Assembly: GCA_001949185.1 (NCBI GenBank)
Contig: BDGG01000005.1
Coordinates: 1,291,249-1,355,248, forward strand
Source of the DNA: Ramazzottius varieornatus
Lineage: Eukaryota > Animalia > Tardigrada
Reading direction: 5' to 3'
Length of the DNA stretch: 64,000 bases
The position numbers and the translations under genes are program-made. The first letter of the stretch is position 1, and each line of letters begins with the position of its first letter. This document shows positions 35,601-52,300 of this stretch, one piece after another. A model generated the notes under the pieces. That model ran no database searches. It saw only the letters and a list, made by a program, of their open reading frames with translations, and was not told where the DNA came from.

Positions 35601-36303
35601 GTAGTATTCAGTCCCGCTAGCCGTCGATCGTGGTCAGAACTGGCCGCTGGATCGAACTCGACGAACTGAGAAAGAGGCAATCCATTATAATTTACGAAAA
35701 TAGCCACCATTCTGAAATACTACACTTACAGCATCACTTCTTCCTCGCGGCTGGTAAACGGGAATTATGCGAGCTTGTCTGTGATGCTGGTTGTTCTGCG
35801 TCCTGTTACTGGGGTTTATCGACGAGTTGGACATGTTGCTTGTCATCAACGCGCGCGAGGAAGTGTGGGTAGGAGCTCTTGACTTTGGCACGGGATGGCT
35901 TGAATAAGGACCATCCTTCTGCTCTCCCCAGTAATAACCGTTCGTCTTGGGCTTCTTCGAGGGAGACTCTGCAAGCAAGATCATGCAACTGATCAAACCA
36001 AGCTTTCTGTATTCAATCAACAATCAACGTTTCAACAATACCGCTCGTTTCGTAGATGTAAGTGGGAGAAGACTTCGATCCAAGACTCCTGTAAACAGAA
36101 AGAGTTCACCATCAGCTACGCACTCCGATCCCTAGGATTAGGCGCGAAAACATCGGTAAAAACTGAAACAGCTAAAAAGAAAACGAAACTTACGACTGAG
36201 AAGACGGCTTGTCGTGACCGTCGTAGCTAAGACTGTTCCAGAAGCTATTCCATTTCCGCTTCAACGGCTCGAAGATATCTTTCATCTCCATGCTTACGAT
36301 CAT
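32611..36303 (-). CDS. Sentrin/SUMO-specific protease (SENP1/2, Ulp1-like; peptidase C48)
   Basis: [69 protein letters not shown]. Start codon approximate (ATGs at 36303, 36291). Confidence 0.92.
33515..33604. repeat. 27-nt-spacer dyad element (SENP intron)
   Basis: TTTTC-CAAGTGGCGTA (core 33536-33546), 27 nt, CGCGCCACTTG (33574-33584)-GGAAAA. Confidence 0.8.
35381..35472. repeat. 27-nt-spacer dyad element (SENP intron)
   Basis: GATCGTTTTCC-CAAGTGGCGCA (core 35403-35413), 27 nt, TGCGCCGCTAG (35441-35451)-GGCAAACGATC. Confidence 0.85.
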
Positions 36304-37260
36304 GGTGTAGCATAGCTTCCGTCACAATCGAACGAAGAAAGCAGCCAACTTGGTCACCTCGCGCCGAACAGAACTGGGATAAGTCCACGCTATCCAGCTG
36401 CGCTTTCGAGGGTACTTTTTCGATTGTCCAAGCGAATGTCCTGGACTTGATGTTTACTCGAGAGCAGGGGAATTTGGAGAATACTGCTCATCAGGAACAA
36501 GATCAGGCCGACACAACCTGCAAAGAGATCACCCGAGTGCGAAATAAAACCCTCTCTGATTTAGTCTGATATTTAAAAAAACCAAATCAGAGGCGTTATT
36601 GCGAGAAACTATCAAACAATCAAGCCAAGACATCTATCTTTGAAATCCGATAACTCCTCGAACGTCGCAGAAAATCACCAGGTCTCATTCTCTGTTAGTA
36701 AGCCTAACTCTTCATACGCGTGCATACCTTCCAACATTTCTCAAATTCCCGTGAACTAGGTCAGATCATCCAAATATCAAAATCCACTAGCCTTACCTCG
36801 TAAGCTGCGATGACAGGACTGTCGCCGAGAGACCACCACCCGCCGATTCCAACGTCGAGGCAAAAATGGCTGACGTGCCGGGCTGCGAGGATGAGTAGTT
36901 TTAATACTTTCGCTATCGTCAAACAGGATCAGACTACCGAACGACACAGGACTTTTACGGGCAGACGCCAAGAAGACGATCAGTATTCAGTTTTCTGGAG
37001 AAGAAAAACCAAAAGATCAGATTTAATTCATTTGTAATTGGGAATTTGGAAGTCAATTTTCGACTGTTGCCAGTTACGTCACTGAAAACTGGCGTTCGGC
37101 GCATTCAGGCCGGTTAGAGTTCGGGTTCACGCTTCATCATTTCAGGATTTGATGCCGGTGGCCTGCCATAATACCGCAATCAAGACTTCAAGGTGGTTCT
37201 GAGAGCGTTTATTTCAGCTGGCCGGACGGCTTTGGTCGATGGTGAGCCGGATTCTTCTGC

Positions 37261-38152
37261 ATGCCAAGTTTACGGTTCTATCTTCGAGCCAATGTCCGAA
37301 AATGTCGAAAATTGCTTTGGTTCGTTTTCTTGCTTCCGAAGTTCAGGGTTACAGGAAATCAAAATTAAGTTACCGCCAGCTTGTTATTTGTTACAATAGC
37401 CTCTTCAACGCTGGAAAGATGGAGCTAGCGAAGGATGGAACCGAGGTGATGAAAGAAACTGTTGCCGAATGCCTTCACTAGACACGACGCAGCTCTGTCC
37501 GACGGAAGCTTCCTACTTCCCCACCAGCCTTCCGACCACACTGGCTCAAGAGTTCGGTTTAGGGAAAGCCCCGGCACTGAGGAACAGAAAACGAAGCTGG
37601 AAACGGTATGGCTGGGAACTAATCCGTCGAACCATCGGCAAGGAACGACTGGCAGAAATCCGGAAACAAGAAGGCTCCGGTGAAGCAAAAATTCTCAGTC
37701 CATCGCTCCTCTGGACACCGACATTTTCACCGCGGTTCTCCGTAAAACGTTAACAAGTCGGCACGATTAAGTTCATTAGCTAACGTTTGATTTTTCTCAC
37801 AGATTATGCTCGCGAAGTGTCTCAGTTAGAACCGGTGGACAGCAAAGCTTTCGAGAAGAATATCGCAGATACTGCGCTTCAGCCAAGGGAACGCAGAGGA
37901 AGAAAGCAAGTGCTGGATCAGGAAAAACTCCCTTCGGAAATCGACGTTGGTGGCCGTCGAAAGGAAGCCGGTCGTCCGAAGAAGTCAGGATTGTTTGTGG
38001 GTGTCGAACACCCAGCATCTGCCGCAAAAGGAAGCCACGACAGAAGAAGACAGCCGGATCAGCATCTTGCCCGACGTCACCTTCAAGAAGGAACCTGCTG
38101 GCGAATTATCCGATGGCTTGCTCTGTCGGTGAGGATACATGTAGCGCGCTAG
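37261..38152 (+). CDS. Hypothetical basic protein (orphan), divergent from SENP
   Basis: ORFs 37469-37753 and 37787-38152 can be joined in frame by a GT-AG intron at approx. 37680-37802. Possible first exon from ATG 37261. No recognisable domain. Confidence 0.35.
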
Positions 38153-38314
38153 GAGAAACTGAAGCACAGGATTTATTGCTGCGTCTTTTGCCTCAAACTT
38201 CTTACTTGAAAATAGTATTTGGAAAAAATTTATGCGTGAAGTACGGTACTTTGGTTTCTGTGGGTTCCAGTTGGCATAGGTTCCTGGTGTTTTCTTTTAC
38301 TCTTATGGACACTA

Positions 38315-38440
38315 CTGTATACTCTCCCGAAATTCACGTACGTCACTCCATTCAGAGTGTAAAACTAGAGAAAGAGTTCTCATACGGTGACCATAATAGT
38401 CTGAATCAGTGACGTACGTGAATTTCGGGAGAGCATACAG
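38315..38440. mobile_element. MITE family B (CTGTA termini, TA TSD)
   Basis: TA|CTGTATACTCTCCCGAAATTCACGTACGTCACT ... AGTGACGTACGTGAATTTCGGGAGAGCATACAG|TA. Confidence 0.9.
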
Positions 38441-38863
38441 TATCGGGTAAGGTTCCTGATGGCTTTCAACAGAATTTATGTTCAACTGAGCGTTACCTGA
38501 TCTCGCTGGATACAGAGATGCTCCATTTTACGTGTAGCCATCTTAGTTTTCTAATTTTTAATCTAATAAAAAGACCGTCTGTGCTTGGATGATCTGAAGG
38601 AAGTGTACGCACGTGTAGATAGGAATTTCTTTGCGTTTTTCACGTTGAAATAAAGTTCAGCCTTTGGGCGGTTGACGGAGTAAAAGGTGGTAGTGCCTTT
38701 GAGAGCGGAAACGACCTTTCAATCTCTTGTTCAGAACCGGAAACGAAGGGTTTCAAGTTTTGAGCTTAGTTTCTAGGCACGTGTTTTGTCTCCTACAACG
38801 CTAGCGGGTATTCGACGTGATGACGGGTTTGAGGGGTTCTGGATACGGATGTCTCACTGCGGT

Positions 38864-38896
38864 CAGAGAGACTAGAGCGGCTCCTCTAATCTCTCT
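38864..38896. mobile_element. Ultra-short palindromic insertion with 8-bp TSD (hAT-like)
   Basis: ACTGCGGT direct repeats (38856-38863, 38897-38904) flank AGAGAGACTAGAG-cggctc-CTCTAATCTCTCT. Confidence 0.55.
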
Positions 38897-39368
38897 ACTG
38901 CGGTATTCCAGACACTACAGAAGAAAAACCACGTCGCTAAAACGTAGTTTATATATTGCCAGCCTACTGTAAATTTGCAAGTATCACAACGTGTTTTTCC
39001 GATTTATACTGTTGAGTATTGTACACGTCGCTACACCATAGTGAAACAAGCCAACTTGGCGCCGCAAAGAATCAAAGGTCTAGCAAGAACACGCGTAAAA
39101 AGGGAGTGAGAAACGGAAGCACAGAACACCCTGCTCCTCGACATCGAATGTAATCGCCGAAGGGTTCTTTGGTCGAGTGTAACTGGGATACATGCGAAAA
39201 CAAGGAGGCTTAAAAACTAAAACTAGAAAAGGAAACCAAGAACGAACGCGTCAGCTCCGTCATTCAACGCGTGCTCGTACAAGAAAACAGTTTTGCGTTC
39301 ACGGAAAATACTACGCGTCGTCAGTCCTGTTCGACCGAGCAGAGGATCTAACGTCGTTGAACGTTCTT

Positions 39369-44106
<4,738 letters not shown>

Positions 44107-45362
44107 GATTATGGCAAGGATTCGTCGAAGTACACTTGAGCAAAAAATTCTGGAAGGAACAGTCCCAAATCACAGTCTGATCAGGGTAAGGCAGAAGGCC
44201 GGATCAATCAAGAATCAAATCAGGGTAACTCCATGTTGAACAAGCAGGCAATCGAGGATCGCATTTGTTCAGGAAATGGCAGGTAATCTGCGACACTTTA
44301 TCCAGCCAACAGACTGGATCAAATTTTGAAGTCGTGAATCCAATTCTTATATCGTTCCGGTTCTTTCCAATACCATTTTTGAATCGTTGTTGTTCATAAA
44401 GGATTCAGTCTGTCCATCGCAGAAGAATCTGCAGAGAATGAGTAAACGGCTCACGGAGAATACACTCGACAATCAAAATGGACTCACACTTGCTTATACA
44501 AACCGAGAGACAGCTTATACAAAGCAAGAGCTTCGCCCAATCGTCAATCGATGGGGGCGGTCCGTACCGCTTCGGAGCGGTTAAGTCTTTCGCCCTCTCT
44601 CGTCAGAACTTTCGTCACGTTACGGCTCAAGCAGCGGAGATTCTGGGAGAAACACACAAAATCGTTAATGACGTTTCACGGCTTCACCACCAAAGTTACA
44701 AAATGGGTCTGTCCGCGAAAAAAGGCCGAAAAGAGTTTCGACTCGAGTTGATTGTCAATCAACCTAAGTGACGTTTCGGCACGCTATGGAAGCCTCGGTA
44801 TTTCGTCTCGGGTGTTTTCATATTTTTTCCCACCACGTGGTCATGCTTGCGGTTTGCGCGAAGCGCGTGGGACTTGATTTTACGTTATCGAAGCCGCACA
44901 TCTTTCGCGCTCACAGAGAAATCAGCTGTTTCCGTATGATACACGTGCGAGTCAGGAGGCGCAAGAATCTCGCCGTGACACGTGTAATCTGGAATTAATT
45001 TTCATCACAAAGCAAAGATGAAACTTTGTTGCAAAGCACAAATTACTGGAAAGCAGGGGTTCGCTGCGCCATCTGTAATGAGTTCTTCAGAAGTGGCGGG
45101 GCCGGCTGTAGGTGGCGCTTTACCGGTTCGGACCGTCCTGGTCCTAACCAATGTTGTTTCGATATAACTATTTCGATTTTAATTGCACTTACGATTAATT
45201 GGAATACCTCAGGCCGCAGCAATTTCAACTATGTGTGATTCAATCCAGCTGAATTAGTAATTGCAATTAATCGAAATTCGGCTACCGACTGCAATTAGAA
45301 TTATTTCAATTGTGGTAGTTCTTCGTCGCGATTTCAATATTCATACAGCTGGTACTCCAGCG

Positions 45363-45988
45363 TAGTGCTGGAAAAATACGATAAAATTCGATACGATAAT
45401 TTTCGATAAAATATCCGCAGGTATTTTATCGCGGTCTTCTATATTCGTTCGGTATCGACATTTCGATACGACATTTTTCCCATACCGTATTTTCGATATA
45501 TCGTTTCATATCTCAGCGATATATCGATATTTTTGCAAGTAGAGTTTTTTCAGAATTCCGCTGGGTTGAAGGCCAAGAACCCAAGAAGCCGATTTCCACA
45601 TCAAGTATCGGTAAGAACGAAAGCGTCGGATACACCAAAGACGTGGCAGTGCCAAGAGTCCAAGACTTCAAATACACGGAATTAGTACCAAAACCGAATG
45701 GGCGGAGCGTGCTCGCCTGCTCGGCATACTGTGGCCGGAGTCAAGGCTCTGAATTCAACTGGAGTCTTTAGTAAATGTGATATAATTGCCGAGTTTCCCA
45801 TTCAGCAAAATAACGATATATCGAAAATATATCGATATGGCACGATGTGATATCGCCGAATATTTTATTGTGTTATTCGATATGAGTATCATATCGGTAT
45901 TTTCGATACGATATCTGCCGCATATTTTATCGCAAAGATTCGATATATTTCGATACGATATCGATATAACGTATCGTTGCCAGCACGA
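45363..45988. mobile_element. Degenerate foldback/hAT-like MITE with CGATA-rich subterminal arrays
   Basis: TAGTGCTGG ... CCAGCACGA ends, with dense CGATA/TATCG motifs at 45375-45530 and 45810-45976. No clean TSD found. Confidence 0.6.
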
Positions 45989-46102
45989 GCGTAGAGTACA
46001 CGTCAGATGTTTAGCACAGAGCATGGTACAGCCAAGGCACTATATGCGGATGTGCTGACGTCGACCCGATTGTTATGCTTCTGAAAGTCTCGCGTGTATG
46101 CC

Positions 46103-46164
46103 ATCATACTCGCGAAACATCCCTTAGGGGGTTGGTAGAGGAAAATATTGGGACCGGGGTTCAA
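46103..46164 (-). repeat. Internal fragment of MITE family A (inverted)
   Basis: Reverse complement matches GTTGAACCCCGGTCC...TACCAACCCCCTAAGGGATGTTTCGCG.GTATGA of 7525-7669. Confidence 0.75.
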
Positions 46165-46528
46165 CTTCGATTTTACATTGAGGCCCCTCGTTTTGGCACC
46201 GATGACTCAAGTGGTCTATGATTCACTGTAAAGCTCCGCCGGAAGGCCAGCCTTTTGAGCGGAGATCTCGCAACAAGGTTATCAATTCCGTATTAATCAA
46301 TAAGCCAACATCTTCGAATGGTTAGTACACAATTGACTGATCAAATCCGAAATCACGACTAATAACTCATCAAATACTTAGAACGATTCGCCAAAAAAAT
46401 TAAAAAAATCAGAAAACATCGGGGAATCATCCTGAGAAAATTATTGTGCTGTCTGGAGTTCGAGCTTCCCCTGATGAGTTTGCGATTCAGAGTTTCTTGG
46501 GTATAAAACTCAAACGTGCACTGTGCAT

Positions 46529-46966
46529 TTGAGCACTGGGCCGCAGGTCCAAAAGTATGCTGTAACTGTGCTGCGCACATTACCAGGGCGCAGTACGCTG
46601 CGCTGTGCTGCACAACTTTTAATCCCAGTGGCTAAGCAGCTGTGCTGCAGATGCACATCGACCTGGTGCGCGGAAAGCCGGTGTATTGACGTGGCTTATA
46701 ATTCAGTCAGCGAAATCGGTAGTCAACCTGGAGAACCTTGCCCTGAAGTACGGCCAAGATGAGACGGCTGACGTTGGGATGCCCAAAAACTTGCCCAAAC
46801 TAATTTTCGTTAGGTTTTGGTAGGTGCATCTGCGCGGTAGTCCTTGGCTTTCTGCTGTATGCTGTGCTGTGCCACATAAATTTCATCAGTTCACGCGCTG
46901 TAGCTGTGCTGCAGCACAGCACAGCCACAGTGCAGTGCAGCGCATGCGGCCAGATTCCGTGCTCTA
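46529..46966. mobile_element. hAT-type MITE with perfect 8-bp TSD
   Basis: CTGTGCAT TSD at 46521-46528 and 46967-46974. Ends TTGAGCAC / GTGCTCTA. Internal CTGTGCTG repeats. Confidence 0.85.
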
Positions 46967-48804
46967 CTGTGCATGAAGTAGTGATGTTCTAATATGGGTT
47001 AATGAGATCTAATAAAATAAAAATAAAGATCCGCCGTCCATCAAAGTTCTAATAAGCGACCACAACTATAGTGAAACGTCTACCTGATTTAATAAAATAT
47101 TACTTTAGTAGAACTTTCGGGGGTTTGTTATTAAAATATATTTTAATATCGGAGAACTCGACGGAAGATCTGAAGATTTAGAATCACAACCATCAGATCA
47201 GCGAAAATACTGTAGTACAGCTTGCACCCCGCGCCTGCACACTGTAACATGGCCGGTTGAAGTGTCAGACTGTATGCAGGTGCACGATGTTTAAGGGTAT
47301 TTATTTTGGAGTAGCCCTACTGTGCTGCTGTACAGGCATCATTATGGTGTGGCGCACTTTATAAGGCGTGGTCGCCCATCGAGAAACCAACGCACACGCA
47401 TCAAAACTCAGCAAATCAACCAGTTTTTCGAATCAGCGGTAGCGTTACCCGTATTAAAATATGTTTTACTATAGATAATGGACAACTTGATAACAATAAA
47501 ATATCGCACTTCCGGTTTCGAGTTAATAAAATATAAACATTGGAATGCAGTGCCCAATTCTGTTTACTAAATATTACTAAATGTAGTAGATGTTCAAACC
47601 ATCTACTATCATCTGCTTTGATATAATGTTACTATATAAGAACATCGCTAGCATGAAGCCATGAATATACATGCGAAAGAGACACCAGAGTTGGAATGTT
47701 GAATGAAATAAAAACCAGTTCACTTCACACTGTAACATCTCTGCAACTTTGCAAGTCGCTGCAAGCATCACATTCTTTGCGCGAAGTCACCATAATTTTC
47801 GTCTTTCATAAGTTGGCTGTAGTTAATTATGATCGTCAAGATTACTGTGGCATCATCACTTTTGAATAAATCCCGATCAGGCGTTCGTAGTTTCCGGGAC
47901 CTCCAGCGCCGGGATCGGTACGTGGTGTTCGTGTCAATCGTATGCACACGGGATTGGCAGCTCTGATCGCTCCAGTACTGTACATGAGCGAAGCGGTTCG
48001 TTCCGCCGTCTCGCTAGGGTATATACAGAGCAGTGACGTCGTACTTGTTGGTAATCCTTGCCGATCAACAACAGAGAATATACAGATTGCGAACGAAAGC
48101 GCACTAGCACAATTCGATACGCACAGAACCACCGTGGCATCATAGGAAAAAGTGTATAACGTATCACGTCTAGCGGAAAGCCATATTTCTTATCTGTGTC
48201 TTTCATTGCCTTCTCGAAGGAATCATTCACGGAAGAATGTTGTCTACCGAGCGTTGCATGAATTACAAGGCAAGGCGAAAGTATCACGGCCAGTTATACA
48301 CTGTCGAGTTGTTTTGACTGCATATCCTACCAATCCATCTTGCCGCTCCTCTTCTCTTATATGCCCATCATCAACTTGGATACTCTTCTGTAACCATTTG
48401 CTGGCTGACGTCGACCCGACGCATCCCAGTTGTACTTGCGGATATGACAAAACGGTTCAAGCTTTCCGTCAATGGACCATCCAGTGCCAAAGGCAGAGTT
48501 GAGGGTAATTATACAGCCGCTGAATCGGGTCACTTTACGCCGTCGCAAAATATGTTCGTTCTTGGCTGAGTCTACGTGTGATGAGTAGCTCTGTGGTGTA
48601 CCCCGCAACGACACCTGCTGAGACACTCGCAACATTTGTTCAACCGTTCTGCTCATCATACTCATTGATCAGCTGACTAGTACCCGTTCACTCTGCCGTT
48701 TGTGTCACGTGGCTACGCATCCTTGGCATGCGATGAGGTGTTTGACCTAGAGGCAGAACGTATGCCGGGCAGAACGAGCTTTCTTTCCGTTAGTTGGTTG
48801 TCTA

Positions 48805-48947
48805 CTGTAATGCTTCATGAACTTGGCGAAGTGAGTCATGATACGCGTACAGTTAAACCCCGGTCTCGAAATTGTGCCCTGACAATCCCCTAAGGGATGT
48901 TTTGCGCGTATGATAATTCACTTCGCCAAGTTCATGAAGCATTACAG
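48805..48947. mobile_element. MITE family A, copy 2
   Basis: Perfect 30-bp TIR CTGTAATGCTTCATGAACTTGGCGAAGTGA, TA TSD. Confidence 0.92.
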
Positions 48948-49353
48948 TACGTCACCGCTGTTCCTGTCAGTCAGGGGTGCAACTGTGCGGTAAGGCAGCT
49001 GTTGCGGTGACGTAGTGCGCGAGTTGATGCGATGGATATTATACAGGGGATTGATTAGCTGTTGCTTTGCCAAAAGGATCTGTCAAAGGCTGGAAAACGA
49101 TGGTCTTTTCTTGTAAATCAGAGCTGATCCGCTGCTTGTGTACATCACAGTTTGGAATAGTTTCTGTTGCGTATTGTCGAGACGGCTTGCGTGCAGCGAG
49201 TAATTACGATTGGTTGTGTTCTGGTTAAGGCATTCACGTGCGTGTTTGCCACTACAGCAGCCCGCAAAGAAAGGAGAAGTTTACTGCTGTGAACTAGTGA
49301 CGGATGTTTGCTACATCTGTCATTTAACTTACTTATCGTCTCTTTCTTTGAAG

Positions 49354-52300
49354 GTTCTCGCACGCTGCCGATTAGCTTCGGTCGTAAACTGGAGAGCACT
49401 GAGTCTGGAACTGATGGAAAAGACGAAGCGGCAGCAGAAGAAACAGTGCTTGAAGAAGTCAACGATGGAAACATAACCTCGACAGCCATCAACTCTCCCC
49501 TTTCACCTGATCTCAGCACGGGGGCTCCTGTTGCCAAGTCTTCTTCCTCTTCCTCTCGCTTTGCCACACTACGGAAATGGTTTAAACCATGGAAGTGGAG
49601 ACGGTCGAAAAGGAATGGCGAGATGCGGAGTAAAGGTGCCGAGATGGAAGATGTCGACGGTATTGGTGCCACTGTCGTCGCTAACAGGCCTTCAGAAAGG
49701 ATATTAAATCAGTCTTTATCAGGTACGACATTTTACGAGTGATTTGCGATCAGATTCGTCGAAGCCCCCAACGACGTTGCGTCAATCGCCTTGCATTAAT
49801 TCCCTTCGCTGTCATTTGAATAAATTATCCCGTGATTTACTACACGTGTTTCATGCATGTGTTTCGTATCTTTTGACAGGTGTGGCAGCTTCTTTGAAGT
49901 TTTTTTCTGAATTGCTAATCGTGAGGATGATGGAAAATTTGTTCAGAATCGTTTGAATTCTCGAGGGACCTGTTCTCATTACGTTCATTCTCTCGCGTCC
50001 ATTCGCAAGCTACACACGTTCAGCTTGGTTTTTCTGATGAATCTGGGCCTAACAAGGCTGACATGCTTGTTTGTTTCGGACGAAGAACGAAATCTTTCAG
50101 GGGTAATTCTTTTTGAAATTCCGAATTTTCTTAAAGTCCGTAGAAATTGCTTTTGGAATGGCACATTTTAATGCTCCATATTTGAATGTGTTTTTTATTC
50201 ACTGACTGAAGAGGATGAATGATCACATGCACTTTTTGTGTGGCTTATTATGTGGCTTACTTTGTTTAGGATTCAGGGCAGTAAGTTTTTGATCGATATG
50301 TGTAGCGTGTAGAAGGGGGAGACCCATGCGCGGAAATCATGACAGTGAACCCGCTAAGAAAAATGGTTATGAGACCGGCAAATTTGATGGGTTGACTGAC
50401 TGGACTTTCTGAAGAGGATTCATGGCCAATGAAGCGATAAAGCGAAGGGAACCGTGCGAAATGTTGTTATGTATTGCTACTGTGGTGGATTTTCTTCTGT
50501 AGATACCATTGCTTTTGGCAGCGGACAGAATCAAGTCAGTCAAAAGAGCAGCTTCCCTATCCTCAACGATACAGCCGTACCACCGATAAGTATGCCTCTG
50601 TCCTTGCTGATCTAGACATTTGCCTTTTTGTCTTTTGAAGTACTGTATTCCCTCGAAAGTTCTGCGAATCACGTGACTGTCGTGGTAAATATCATCCGGC
50701 GGGGAACAGAAAGTATCTATACCTTCAATCAAAGACTGCTCCCCAGTCAAGTGTAATGATGGGCGACAATCAAACAATCAGGGATACCAGTGCGGGTGTA
50801 ATTTACTGGCATGTCGACGTAATTTGCAGAACTATCGAGGGACTACAGTACTGTAGTGATACCAAATTATAGCGCACTCAACCACGTGAACAGTAAATGA
50901 TGCCCGGGTGAAAGTCACAGAGACGGCTCTGAGTCATCTGATCGTGCTGGACAACAATGACTCATCACGTGGTTGAGTACGCGATAATTTGGTAGTACTA
51001 CAGTATAATTACTTTAAGCCATTTGTCTGTATTTTATATTCATGCTGTTGTCTTTATTATTGCGAAAACAGGTGTGGCTGATGTCAAGTTGACCCTGAAT
51101 TCCACCAAATCCTCTGTGCAAAGCAATTCCCACACGACTTCCACATCGTCGCCGGTCGTCAAGAAAGGCATCAGAATACAAGGTAATAATATGGGTAATT
51201 TTGGGCCGGAAGTGAGCGGTTGAATGAGAGGTTTTTCGCCGCTTCAACTCGTGAGTGTTGAAATAACTGACTTTCTCTGTTGCGCCTCGGCGGCAAGCAT
51301 TGACACCAATTGGATAAATTGGCACTGACATGCAGTCGACGACTCCCTGATGAGAAGGAGCCAAATCGGATTTGCTTTTCTCAGCAATGAGAAAAGTCGT
51401 ACTGTACGCGAGAAGGATCCTTTGGCGGGAAGCGAAACTTTCCGAGAGTCGATCGATAATGCGTGCCAGAAACAATACACACCGAAAAACGTTCTGACTA
51501 AAAAAGACGATAAATCGGACCGAACCGTTGATATCTTGAGTGTAGTGCAGAATAAGATTATGGGAGGTTCGCTGGTTTCAGCTTTCCGTTTGAGCTCGCT
51601 CACCTATTGGCGAAGTATGACTGTTGTATGAATGTTCTTTCTAATTCCAGAGTCTTCCCAAGCTACGACGGTGTACAATGGAAAGGGCGACGACGGGTCA
51701 AACAGCCCACTTCGCGGTCCCCGGGACAGCAAGAACTCACCGGTTGCTCAGAATTCCCCGCTGTACAAATACACCACGGAGACCAGTGTTGTCCGGTCGC
51801 AACCACTGGTCGTGCCTGCGCCGGTAAACGGACGGAACGATTCGCAAGATTCGCCGAAGCCATCGTCGTTGAAGAGCAGATTGGTGGGATTCGGAGTTGC
51901 ACCTGATTCGCCACGTAATGGCTCACCTGTGATAAACAACTTTGAATCGACCACACCACGGTGTAAGTTTGTGAAATTCAAATTTGCCTTCCGGCATTGT
52001 ATGATGATTTATGTCCGCCCTCAGTAATTGTCAGCTACATTGTCGTTGTGTTGTGTAGTTGCAGCAATGAATGGCAGCTCGTCTGGGATGGAAGGTAATC
52101 AGGTACGCGCTGCTGTTGGCATGGAACTTTTTGGGAAAGTTTGTATCTGAAACTTGACGAAAAACAGGAAGATGTGTTCGCCCACCTGATACGTGGGCAC
52201 CCCAGACGGACCGTTGGTACTGTAGAAAGTTCCATTGAGCCAAGGCGAAAGCTGAAAAGGGTCTCCGTCGTTTTATTTTCACATAGCTGGAATTTGTTTG

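Noticed and set aside
47842-48665. Cluster of 70-117 aa ORFs between Src42A and Phactr
   Set aside because: No recognisable homology or coherent splice model.
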